Source: Candidatus Latescibacterota bacterium (GTDB lineage: Bacteria; Latescibacterota; UBA2968). From it: 64,000 nt of DNA. Location: positions 7,552,001-7,616,000 of the forward strand of contig OZ240241.1 in NCBI GenBank assembly GCA_965198115.1, written 5' to 3'. Below are positions 34,387 through 43,512 of the stretch, piece after piece (positions within the stretch are counted from its first letter, which is position 1; each line of letters begins with the position of its first letter). The notes under the pieces are model-generated. The model was not told the DNA's origin. It saw only the letters and a program-made list of their open reading frames with translations, and did no database searches. A program made the translations under genes and the position numbers.

Positions 34387-35252
34387 TGCGCTGGATGGGG
34401 ACGACGATCGTGATCCTGTTCGTCGGAGGCTGCGCGACACTCAGCCAGTTGAACTTTCTGACGACGGCCGATGAAGTCGAAATCGGAAAACAGGCGGCTG
34501 CCGACATCGAGCGACAGTTGCCGATGCTCGAGGATGAGACCGTGTTCGCCTACGTCGACAGTCTGGGTCGGGTGCTGGTGCGACACTCCAAGCGAAGGGG
34601 CATACCCTATTACTTCAAAGTCGTGGAGACGTCCCAGGTCAATGCCTTCGCACTGCCGGGCGGCTGGCTCTACGTCAATGCCGGTCTGATCGCCGCGGCC
34701 GATTCGGAGGCGGAGCTGGCGGGGGTCGTTGCGCACGAGATCGGACACGTGGTCGGCCGCCACGGGGCGCGACAGATATCGAGTCAATATGGACTGGTCG
34801 TTTTGCTGGATGTCGTGTCGGGAGGGCCGGGGGGCGGTTCGATCGTGCGCCAGATCGCGGGTCAGTTTGCGGGCATAGGTGCGGGGTTGACGATGCTCAA
34901 ATACAGCCGGGATATGGAGCGTGAAGCCGATCAACTCGCGATCGAAGAAACCTACGGAGCCGGGATCGACCCAAGCGGGATTGCTGCGTTCTTCGAAAAG
35001 CTGATGGCGATGCACGAAAGGGAGCCGTCAGGGCTGGAAGCTCTGTTCACGACGCACCCACCGAGCGCCGAGCGAATCGCGAATGTCGAAGAAGCCGTGC
35101 GCGCCCTGCCTCCCAAACGTGGTTTGCGAAGCGACAGCGAACGATTCCAGGAAATCCGAAAGCACGTCCAATCACTGATGCCACCGATCGAAGCGCGTGA
35201 GAAGCACCAGCGCGATGAATTGGAAAAAAGAAGAAGAGGAAGAAGCAGATAG
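34383..35252 (+). CDS. M48 family metalloprotease, probable lipoprotein
   Basis: VGGC lipobox-like; NAFALPGG, HEIGH, EREAD, THP. Confidence 0.92.
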   Translation: MMRWMGTTIVILFVGGCATLSQLNFLTTADEVEIGKQAAADIERQLPMLEDETVFAYVDSLGRVLVRHSKRRGIPYYFKVVETSQVNAFALPGGWLYVNAGLIAAADSEAELAGVVAHEIGHVVGRHGARQISSQYGLVVLLDVVSGGPGGGSIVRQIAGQFAGIGAGLTMLKYSRDMEREADQLAIEETYGAGIDPSGIAAFFEKLMAMHEREPSGLEALFTTHPPSAERIANVEEAVRALPPKRGLRSDSERFQEIRKHVQSLMPPIEAREKHQRDELEKRRRGRSR

Positions 35253-35278
35253 GGGGATCGATCCCGTCAGGCCCTATA

Positions 35279-35306
35279 ACCCCGGAGTAGACACTCCGGG
35301 GCTTTC
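35279..35306 (+). terminator. Intrinsic terminator-like hairpin
   Basis: CCCCGGAGT-AGAC-ACTCCGGGG-CTTT. Confidence 0.55.
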
Positions 35307-35526
35307 TATTGCCAAGCCATGTTATGATTCCCCGAGGCTCATTGGAACGATAGCAACACCGAACACCATCGACGTAGCATAGCCCAGGTGCTCAGGGCCC
35401 CCGAATCCCTTCCCCGAATCGGGCCCACGAATTTCGGTGTACTGCCATTCGTGTTCATCTGTGTTCATTTATGGTTCCAGGGTTTTACGTGGACCAATCT
35501 GAGAGCCGAGGCCAAAGGAGAAAGCC

Positions 35527-36648
35527 ATGAAAATCACCGAGATCAAAACCATCGACAACGTCGAGCCCTACCGCGGCGGCAGAAAGTGGCTTTTCATCCA
35601 GCTGATTACCGATGAAGGCATCGTAGGACTCGGTGAGCGGCCCACGGCCCACGCCACCGACTTGGCGCCGCAGATCGCCCTGTTCCACGAATTCGCAGAC
35701 ACGTTCCTGATCGGGGAAGATCCTTTCAACGTGGAACGTATGTGGAATCGAATTTTCGCCTCCCGGCACGACTTTCGTCACCCCTCCCTGTTCTACACCA
35801 CCGCAATCTCGGCGATTGAGATCGCCTGCTGGGACATCATCGGGAAAGCGACGAACCAACCGATCTACAATCTGTTGGGTGGCAAGTTTCAGGAGAAACT
35901 GCGAGCCTACGCCTACATGCCATCGAAGGGCGTCTGGGAGAATCCGGAGATCGCAGGGGGGATCGCTGAGAAACTCGTGGCCGATGGGAATACGGCGTGT
36001 AAGATCGATCCGTTTTCGCCCGCCTATCCGTTGCCGAGGGATGTCTCTCTGAAGACGCTGAATCACGCGGCCAGGATCTTCAAGGCGATGCGGGATGCAG
36101 TGGGGGATGAGTTGGAAATCGGGATCGGCACGCACGGACAGTTCACGACAGCCGGCGCGATTCGGGCGGCCAGCATCTTCGAGGAATATCATCCGTTTTG
36201 GTTCGAGGAGCCCGTGCCGCCGGAGAATGTCGACGAAATGGCACGCGTGGCTGCGCAGACGAGCATTCCGATCGCAACGGGGGAGAGGCTCGTGACGAAG
36301 TATGAATTCACGGAACTGTTGGAAAAGCAGGCTGCCCAAATCATTCAGCTGGACGTCGCACAATGCGGCGGCATCTTGGAGTCGAAGAAGATTGCGGCGA
36401 TCGCGGACGCGCACTTTGCGATGATCGCACCTCACATGTACGTCGGCCCGGTGGCTGCCGCGGCGGCGGTCCAGTTGGATACGTGCTGTTCGAACTTCCT
36501 GATTCAGGAGTTCAACGCAGGACCGCTACACGCAGAGATCTTCAAGGAGCCGATTCACTTCGAAAACGGTTTCATCACACCGCCTGAAGGCCCCGGGTTG
36601 GGCGTGGAGCTCGATGAGGATGTGGTCAAGCGACAGGAGGTAAAGTAG
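35527..36648 (+). CDS. Mandelate racemase/muconate lactonizing (galactonate dehydratase-like) enzyme
   Basis: TDEGIVGLGE, WDIIGK, WFEEP, ATGE, PGLGVE. Confidence 0.92.
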   Translation: MKITEIKTIDNVEPYRGGRKWLFIQLITDEGIVGLGERPTAHATDLAPQIALFHEFADTFLIGEDPFNVERMWNRIFASRHDFRHPSLFYTTAISAIEIACWDIIGKATNQPIYNLLGGKFQEKLRAYAYMPSKGVWENPEIAGGIAEKLVADGNTACKIDPFSPAYPLPRDVSLKTLNHAARIFKAMRDAVGDELEIGIGTHGQFTTAGAIRAASIFEEYHPFWFEEPVPPENVDEMARVAAQTSIPIATGERLVTKYEFTELLEKQAAQIIQLDVAQCGGILESKKIAAIADAHFAMIAPHMYVGPVAAAAAVQLDTCCSNFLIQEFNAGPLHAEIFKEPIHFENGFITPPEGPGLGVELDEDVVKRQEVK

Positions 36649-36732
36649 GATCCAACTTACACTTTCTGAGCTCGCGTGCCGGCAGGTCTTAGTGTAGTCA
36701 TTAGTGCTGATGGCCCAGCGCGAAACCAGCTT

Positions 36733-36802
36733 GTCATTTCGACACGGTCTGGCTAGAAACCAGGCGGACCCGCAGAGGTGACCGGAATCCGTGGAGAAAT
36801 CT
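36733..36802. repeat. REP/MITE-like element
   Basis: Ends GTCATTTCGAC...GGAGAAATCT resemble widespread intergenic palindromic repeats; related GTCACACTGAGCGGAGTCGAAGTG near 61042. Confidence 0.35.
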
Positions 36803-36895
36803 CCGCGTGGGAGCGCTTGTGTGAACAGTGACAGAGTGTGTTTCTTGCGCCGGACCTGTTACGAGGAAGGTTCATTGCGAGTCATCCTATGGTGT

Positions 36896-37948
36896 CTACC
36901 AAGGTCCGATCTGGGCACGAAAGAGCGCCTTCTCGATCCGTCCCTTGATGCCCGTCCATGAAAGAAGCCGATCATAATGACCTTCGATGCGGACTCGCCG
37001 CCAGTTTCCGAAGGGCTCACCCGGTTTGATCCCGCCTGACAGGCTGACGATGGACCAGACGTCGAAGTCGATGGCCAGCCGACGCAAGCGCTCCAGCCCA
37101 TCGTCGGGGAACGGAAATGCAGTTTCGTAGCCGGCCTTGTAGGCTTCGTAGTATTCGTCATTCAGCCCGAGAATGGATACATAGAGGATGACGATTTCCG
37201 GCGCCGGATCGCCAATCAGTATCACGCTGACGTCGACGCAGCCATCGAGATGAAAACGGCCGTTGCTCTGACCTACGATGTAATGTTCGGCCCACGGCTC
37301 TCCGTGCGTCAGTCCCACATCGATAAACGGCTCTATGGTTGCCGAAGCGTAGTGCTCTTCCAGCACGGTGAGTAATTCTGGGGATGGCAACCCCGTTGCC
37401 TTCAACGTCGAAGCAACCGTGTCGAGATTCGTTTTCCCTCTGTTGAATTTTCCGAGGAGACGGCGTGTTGGATTGTCGCTGTCATCCTGCACACGGGAGT
37501 GCAGGCCTGTCCTTTCGGCAATCTTTTGAATCTTGTCCGCCCCGACGGTATGGTAGCGGCCCATGGCCTCACCGAGGGCTGTTAGCAGCGGACGTCGGTC
37601 CGACTCGTCGACCTTCTCCCATAGCACGTCGAGACGATCGCCCGTACACTTCTGCGTCAGCAGATAAGATGCGTCGAGTCGCGCTTCGTGTTCGCACCAG
37701 GCCAACACCTCAGGCGACGGCATTTCGGGTATGTGACTCAAGAAGATCAGGTCGTCAGCGTCTTCCTGCTCAGCCAGAAACTGAAGCGAATAGACATCGT
37801 CGAGATGATAGATCACCTTCTCGTTGCCTCGGGGTTCGGCGTCGATCTTGCTCGGAATTTTCAGTCCGTGGCGCGCGCAGATGGTGTGAATGTCTTCGAT
37901 CTGTAGTTGGTCCCGAAAGTCGTCACCGGGTCGGTGAATGCGTTCCAC
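36896..37948 (-). CDS. APH/choline-kinase-like phosphotransferase family protein
   Basis: PSPEVLAW, LGEAMGRYH, variant Brenner motif LTHGEPWAEH, GCVD..IGDP. Confidence 0.65.
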   Translation of the reverse strand: MERIHRPGDDFRDQLQIEDIHTICARHGLKIPSKIDAEPRGNEKVIYHLDDVYSLQFLAEQEDADDLIFLSHIPEMPSPEVLAWCEHEARLDASYLLTQKCTGDRLDVLWEKVDESDRRPLLTALGEAMGRYHTVGADKIQKIAERTGLHSRVQDDSDNPTRRLLGKFNRGKTNLDTVASTLKATGLPSPELLTVLEEHYASATIEPFIDVGLTHGEPWAEHYIVGQSNGRFHLDGCVDVSVILIGDPAPEIVILYVSILGLNDEYYEAYKAGYETAFPFPDDGLERLRRLAIDFDVWSIVSLSGGIKPGEPFGNWRRVRIEGHYDRLLSWTGIKGRIEKALFRAQIGPW

Positions 37949-37979
37949 GTCGATTCCTTTTCTCGAGATTATAAAAAAA

Positions 37980-39400
37980 GGCTCTATCCGGGTTTCTCAA
38001 CGGTGAAACTATAGAATGACAAGGTCATAGATCGTTCCCTACGCTTGGTTGTGTGTGTAGGACAATCAAAGCGAAGGGGGTGCGACCTATGACCGGGAGC
38101 AGATTACTATCGAAACTGCTGAGATTCAAGGGGTTCCATGTTGTCAGCTGGTGGTTTGAGGGGAGAAGCTGTTTCGTCATCGCCGTAAAGCCACATAAGA
38201 ATGGTTGTTGTTGTCCGGAGTGCGGCCGTCGAGGTAAAATCGTCCGCACAATGCCCCATCCGCGTCGGTGGCGTGACATTCCGGTGTGCGGGTGGAGGGT
38301 CTGGCTTCTCTACCATCCTCGGGAGATTCGGTGTCCTACCCACGGTCGTGTGGTCGAGGAGATTCCGTGGGCGGAGCGGTTCTCTCGGGTGACGTATCGC
38401 TTCGAGTATGCCATGCTGCGCTACTGCCAGACCATGACGCAGAAGGCGGCGTCCGAGTTGCTGCGCATCTCTGCCTCGACGCTGTCGGATCTCCTTCACC
38501 GATCCATCACGCGGCTTCGTGAAGGTCATCGTATCCGAGGGCTCAAAACCATCGGGATCGACGAGATCTCCTACGCCAAGCGTCACAGGTACGCCACGCT
38601 CGTTTACGATCTGGACCGCTCCTGCGTGGTGTGGGTTGGCCGCGGCAGGGCGCGTAAAACGATCGATCGGTTCTTCACAGAGGCTCTCAGTCCCTACCGG
38701 AGATCCAAGATCGAGTGGGGCCTGCTGCGACATGAGCGAAGCTTACATCGGAGCCATCCAGGAACACTGTCCGAATGCCAAGCTGGTCCTCGATCGCTTT
38801 CACATCGTCAAGGCTCTCAATGCCGCCGTTGACGAGGTCCGTAAGGACCAGTGGCGTAAAGCTGCCCCGGATGAGCGCAAAGCCATGAAGGGCCTCCGAT
38901 GGCTCCTCTACCGGCACTCAGCGACACGCTCCAGAGGGGATACTCGGACACTCAAAGCACTGGAGAAGGCGAACTACCGAATCTATAGAGCCTGGAGACT
39001 CAAGGACGAGTTCGAGCAGTTCTGGGAATACAAAGCGCCCTGGGCTGCCGAACGCTTCCTGAAATGCTGGACGACGTCCGCACTCAGAAGTCGACTTGAA
39101 CCCCTGCGAAAGTTCGTCAGGACCCTGCGACAGCACTTCTTCGGCGTCCTCGCATTCGTGAACACGCGTCTTACCAACGCCATCGCCGAAGGCCTCAACC
39201 GAATCGTCCAAATCGTCAAGAACCGAGCCAGCGGATTCCGCACACTCGACGCATTCAACGATATGATCTTCCTTACCGTCGGAGACATAAACATCCCTGA
39301 GCAGATTCCGAAGAGGTTCCGCACACGCTAACCGCGCCCCCATGCCAGGAACCACGGCACCTTCACCCACTTCATCTCGTTGAGAGATCCGGATATAGCC
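37980..39400 (+). mobile_element. ISL3 copy 1 (transposase 38053-39331, frameshifted)
   Basis: IRs GGCTCTATCCGGGTTTCTCAACG / GGCTATATCCGGATCTCTCAACG; TSD TAAAAAAA; zinc finger CPECG, IGIDE, DRFHIVK, NAIAEGLN. Confidence 0.95.
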
Positions 39401-39408
39401 TAAAAAAA

Positions 39409-40828
39409 GGCTCTATCCGGGTTTCTCAACGGTGAAACTATAGAATGACAAGGTCATAGATCGTTCCCTACGCTTGGTTGTGTGTGTAGGACAATCAAAG
39501 CGAAGGGGGTGCGACCTATGACCGGGAGCAGATTACTATCGAAACTGCTGAGATTCAAGGGGTTCCGTGTTGTCAGCTGGTGGTTTGAGGGGAGAAGCTG
39601 TTTCGTCATCGCCGTAAAGCCACATAAGAATGGTTGTTGTTGTCCGGAGTGCGGCCGTCGAGGTAAAATCGTCCGCACAATGCCCCATCCGCGTCGGTGG
39701 CGTGACATTCCGGTGTGCGGGTGGAGGGTCTGGCTTCTCTACCATCCTCGGGAGATTCGGTGTCCTACCCACGGTCGTGTGGTCGAGGAGATTCCGTGGG
39801 CGGAGCGGTTCTCTCGGGTGACGTATCGCTTCGAGTATGCCATGCTGCGCTACTGCCAGACCATGACGCAGAAGGCGGCGTCCGAGTTACTGCGCATCTC
39901 TGCCTCGACGCTGTCGGATCTCCTTCACCGATCCATCACGCGGCTTCGTGAAGGTCATCGTATCCGAGGGCTCAAAACCATCGGGATCGACGAGATCTCC
40001 TACGCCAAGCGTCACAGGTACGCCACGCTCGTTTACGATCTGGACCGCTCCTGCGTGGTGTGGGTTGGCCGCGGCAGGGCGCGTAAAACGATCGATCGGT
40101 TCTTCACAGAGGCTCTCAGTCCCTACCAGAGATCCAAGATCGAGTGGGCCTGCTGCGACATGAGCGAAGCTTACATCGGAGCCATCCAGGAACACTGTCC
40201 GAATGCCAAGCTGGTCCTCGATCGCTTTCACATCGTCAAGGCTCTCAATGCCGCCGTTGACGAGGTCCGTAAGGACCAGTGGCGTAAAGCTGCCCCGGAT
40301 GAGCGCAAAGCCATGAAGGGCCTCCGATGGCTCCTCTACCGGCACTCAGCGACACGCTCCAGAGGGGATACTCGGACACTCAAAGCACTGGAGAAGGCGA
40401 ACTACCGAATCTATAGAGCCTGGAGACTCAAGGACGAGTTCGAGCAGTTCTGGGAATACAAAGCGCCCTGGGCTGCCGAACGCTTCCTGAAATGCTGGAC
40501 GACGTCCGCACTCAGAAGTCGACTTGAACCCCTGCGAAAGTTCGTCAGGACCCTGCGACAGCACTTCTTCGGCGTCCTCGCATTCGTGAACACGCGTCTT
40601 ACCAACGCCATCGCCGAAGGCCTCAACCGAATCGTCCAAATCGTCAAGAACCGAGCCAGCGGATTCCGCACACTCGACGCATTCAACGATATGATCTTCC
40701 TTACCGTCGGAGACATAAACATCCCTGAGCAGATTCCGAAGAGGTTCCGCACACTCTAACCGCGCCCCCATGCCAGGAACCACGGCACCTTCACCCACTT
40801 CATCTCGTTGAGAGATCCGGATATAGCC
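39409..40828 (+). mobile_element. ISL3 copy 2, tandem with copy 1
   Basis: Same IRs; flanked by TAAAAAAA at 39401-39408 and 40829-40836. Confidence 0.95.
39482..40759 (+). CDS. ISL3 transposase (intact)
   Basis: 425-aa ORF with ISL3 motifs. Confidence 0.93.
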   Translation: MCRTIKAKGVRPMTGSRLLSKLLRFKGFRVVSWWFEGRSCFVIAVKPHKNGCCCPECGRRGKIVRTMPHPRRWRDIPVCGWRVWLLYHPREIRCPTHGRVVEEIPWAERFSRVTYRFEYAMLRYCQTMTQKAASELLRISASTLSDLLHRSITRLREGHRIRGLKTIGIDEISYAKRHRYATLVYDLDRSCVVWVGRGRARKTIDRFFTEALSPYQRSKIEWACCDMSEAYIGAIQEHCPNAKLVLDRFHIVKALNAAVDEVRKDQWRKAAPDERKAMKGLRWLLYRHSATRSRGDTRTLKALEKANYRIYRAWRLKDEFEQFWEYKAPWAAERFLKCWTTSALRSRLEPLRKFVRTLRQHFFGVLAFVNTRLTNAIAEGLNRIVQIVKNRASGFRTLDAFNDMIFLTVGDINIPEQIPKRFRTL

Positions 40829-40862
40829 TAAAAAAAGCCACAGCACCCGGAGATGATGTGGC
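40829..40862 (-). terminator. Intrinsic terminator whose U-tract is the ISL3 target
   Basis: Minus strand GCCACATCATCTCCGGGTGCTGTGGC-TTTTTTT. Confidence 0.7.
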
Positions 40863-41060
40863 CACGCGTCTTAACGATACCGGTGTAAACCGGATCGGAC
40901 TCGCTTCAGGTACTCAAAGATCCTCCGCATGCGACTGGGGCGGACACATCTTGACCTGGTTGGAAGCGACGCATTCCATTTCCTCCTCGTACGATACATG
41001 AGTGTGCGTTCATCGTTGGCTCTCTGAAAGGATGAGACGCAGCTGAGAGGTCGGTGGGTT

Positions 41061-41684
41061 TCACGGGTTTTCAGAATTCAAAGACATGAGTTCGTCGAAC
41101 AGCCCGGGATCGGACTGGTATACGACCATGAACCGGTGAAGCGTGTTGGCCAATATCAATCTGCCTTCTGCCGGAAGCTCAGTGTTGGCGCGGACCTCTG
41201 CGCCGAGAGCTTTCACCTCTGCAATCGATATGGAGTCGAAGCCGATCCTCGGAATCAGCTCTGGTTCCGCCAGGACGATGCCCGGGAGATCGCGCGGCTG
41301 CGGATCGTCCTCCACACGAGCGAGGAAGACGGCAACGTGTGAACCGACCACGAAGGTCGGATCGGTCACTTCCCACACCATGGCCGGTCGAACGCCGTCC
41401 AGATCGAAGTCGGATAGAATCCGCACTTCCTCTGGCGTGACATAAGCCGTTCTCTGTGCGGACCAGACCTCGATCGGGCAGCCAATCTCCTCCAGAGCTT
41501 CGCGATGGAGCGCCTGCAAAGGCGTTTCACCGGGCTCCAGGGACCCACCGATGGAGCCGAGGCCGATCCTGGGCGGCTGACCTGGTGCGTACTCCCACCT
41601 ATGCTTCTTTCGCACCTCAAGCACGAGTCGGCGGCCGGAGAGGAGGATGCTACCCGCACCGGTGAAGGATACGTTAAGGGACAA
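41061..41684 (-). CDS. NUDIX hydrolase
   Basis: GGSLEPGETPLQALHREALEEIG Nudix box. Confidence 0.85.
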   Translation of the reverse strand: MSLNVSFTGAGSILLSGRRLVLEVRKKHRWEYAPGQPPRIGLGSIGGSLEPGETPLQALHREALEEIGCPIEVWSAQRTAYVTPEEVRILSDFDLDGVRPAMVWEVTDPTFVVGSHVAVFLARVEDDPQPRDLPGIVLAEPELIPRIGFDSISIAEVKALGAEVRANTELPAEGRLILANTLHRFMVVYQSDPGLFDELMSLNSENP

Positions 41685-41787
41685 AATTCGTGTCCTGTGA
41701 AGGTGCTGGATACTGTCCGTGTCCCACCGAAATTGATGATACTGGAGATGATGTCGGCAAGTATCATGAACTAATGGAGGCTGTGCC

Positions 41788-42522
41788 TTGACAAAGCTGA
41801 ACCACGATCCAACCCGGTTCGCCGAAACGGGCTATTGTCTGTTCCCGAATGTGTTCGGCCGTGAAGAAGTGGATTCGAATCGACTTCTTCTCGACGAGGC
41901 GACTGAAGACAACCTGCTCGATCGCCCGGACTATCTGGGCGAACCTCACACGAAAGACGATCGATGGATGGCGATCTGCGCGCATCCCCGATTGCTGGAC
42001 GCCATCGAATCCATTCTCGGCCCGAACCTGATCCTGGTCTACTCCAGCGTCTTTATCAAACAGCCGAACTCGGCGGATTTCGTTCCCTGGCACCAGGACA
42101 ACACTTATTGGAAGGCCGTCCACGGCACGGATGTCGTCACCGTCTGGCTCGCCATCGACGACGCTGACGCCCTGAACTCGGCCATGAAAGTCATTCCCGG
42201 TTCCCACACCGGGCATCGCGAGATGACCACCATCCCATCAGCGAAAGACGCCACGGTCAGCAAAACGGTCGAGATCACGCCTGAAATGGAAGGAGCAGCA
42301 GTGCCGCTCGAAATGGAGGCCGGGAGCGTGTCGATTCACGATTCGTTCATCATCCACGGCAGCGACGCCAACCTCAGCGACCGTCGAAGGGCAGGCTACA
42401 CGATTCGCTATTGCAGTACCGACACGGCCAGGGTCGACGTCGACCGTCATCCGATCCCGGTTTACCTCTTGCGGGGGCAAGCTGGGGCGCGAGGTGATGG
42501 TTACACGGATGCCAGGCCGTAG
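41788..42522 (+). CDS. Phytanoyl-CoA dioxygenase (PhyH) family
   Basis: WHQD, IPGSH, HGS..N.S..RR. Confidence 0.92.
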   Translation: MTKLNHDPTRFAETGYCLFPNVFGREEVDSNRLLLDEATEDNLLDRPDYLGEPHTKDDRWMAICAHPRLLDAIESILGPNLILVYSSVFIKQPNSADFVPWHQDNTYWKAVHGTDVVTVWLAIDDADALNSAMKVIPGSHTGHREMTTIPSAKDATVSKTVEITPEMEGAAVPLEMEAGSVSIHDSFIIHGSDANLSDRRRAGYTIRYCSTDTARVDVDRHPIPVYLLRGQAGARGDGYTDARP

Positions 42523-42570
42523 CCTTGCGGCCTTGGCGCCCCGTGGTCCGGCCCTGAGTGAGGAAAGACG

Positions 42571-43320
42571 TCAGCTTTTCTGTGGAGTTTCCTCTTTCAT
42601 CACGACCTTTCTGGCCGTGGTGGCGGTCGTGTGATAGTTCCATCCACGGAGTACGATGTTTTCGCTGTATTGATGGATGTCCTCTTTCCTGTCCTTGCCA
42701 GAGAACATGCGTGCGATCACGACCTTCCTGGGTGATTCGGAACGGCTGGTTTCCGATCCGTGCACGATGAAATAGTCGAAGAAAGTGATGTCGCCCGGCT
42801 CGGCTTCGATGACCGTGGCCTCTTCAAACGGATACTTGGCGTGGAAGTCGGGATTGTTCTCTCGCGAGCCCTCCATTCGGCCGTCTTTGTGCGAACCGGG
42901 ATAGACTCTAAGGGCACCATTGTTGGCCGTTGCTTTGCCGAGATGAATCATACCCGCAATCATGGTATCCGTCTGAGTGGGCAGATAGCTCCAGTCCTGA
43001 TGCATGTGGAAGGGCGTTTCCCCCGTCGACTTGCGCTTGACGAACAGCGTGTTGTGATTCAGGACGATGTCGGGACCGATGAACTGTTCGACCAGGTCCA
43101 GGAACTTCGGCTCTAAAAGCGTAGCCATCCACAGGCCGGAATACTGATGGACGTTGCGCGTTCCGAAAACCCCGTTCTCCGTCTTGTCCTCGCCATGCTC
43201 TTCCAACTGCCTCACGATTCGGTCGAACTCTTTTTCGAGCACCGCGACTTCCTTCTGAGAGAAGACGCTCTTGGCCAGGTAATAGCCGTGTTCCTTGAAG
43301 AATTCCTGCTCGTTTTCCAT
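42571..43320 (-). CDS. Phytanoyl-CoA dioxygenase (PhyH) family
   Basis: MHQD, YPGSH, HGS. Confidence 0.9.
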   Translation of the reverse strand: MENEQEFFKEHGYYLAKSVFSQKEVAVLEKEFDRIVRQLEEHGEDKTENGVFGTRNVHQYSGLWMATLLEPKFLDLVEQFIGPDIVLNHNTLFVKRKSTGETPFHMHQDWSYLPTQTDTMIAGMIHLGKATANNGALRVYPGSHKDGRMEGSRENNPDFHAKYPFEEATVIEAEPGDITFFDYFIVHGSETSRSESPRKVVIARMFSGKDRKEDIHQYSENIVLRGWNYHTTATTARKVVMKEETPQKS

Positions 43321-43411
43321 GGATCTCTTCCTGTCTGAATCCGTCAGAACCCTACTACCTTCCGGCTCGGTCTCGCTCAGTCAAGATGCGTCTTTATCGA
43401 AGGAGGTCCTT

Positions 43412-43498
43412 GTGGCCCAGAGCCCATTCGTGATGTCGGAAGAAGAAAAATACTTCTTCGACCTTCGTGGATACGAGGCGGCGCCGAAGTTTACGTAG
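43412..43498 (+). pseudogene. N-terminal stump of a third PhyH-family gene
   Basis: RBS AAGGAGG then MAQSPFVMSEEEKYFFDLRGY, a typical PhyH start, truncated after about 21 aa. Confidence 0.55.
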
Positions 43499-43512
43499 GC
43501 ACCCGACCGGCG

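Noticed and set aside
37960-38005. IS-created hybrid promoter for the phosphotransferase gene
   Set aside because: TTGAGA in the IS end is 21 nt from the host TATAAT, which is too far
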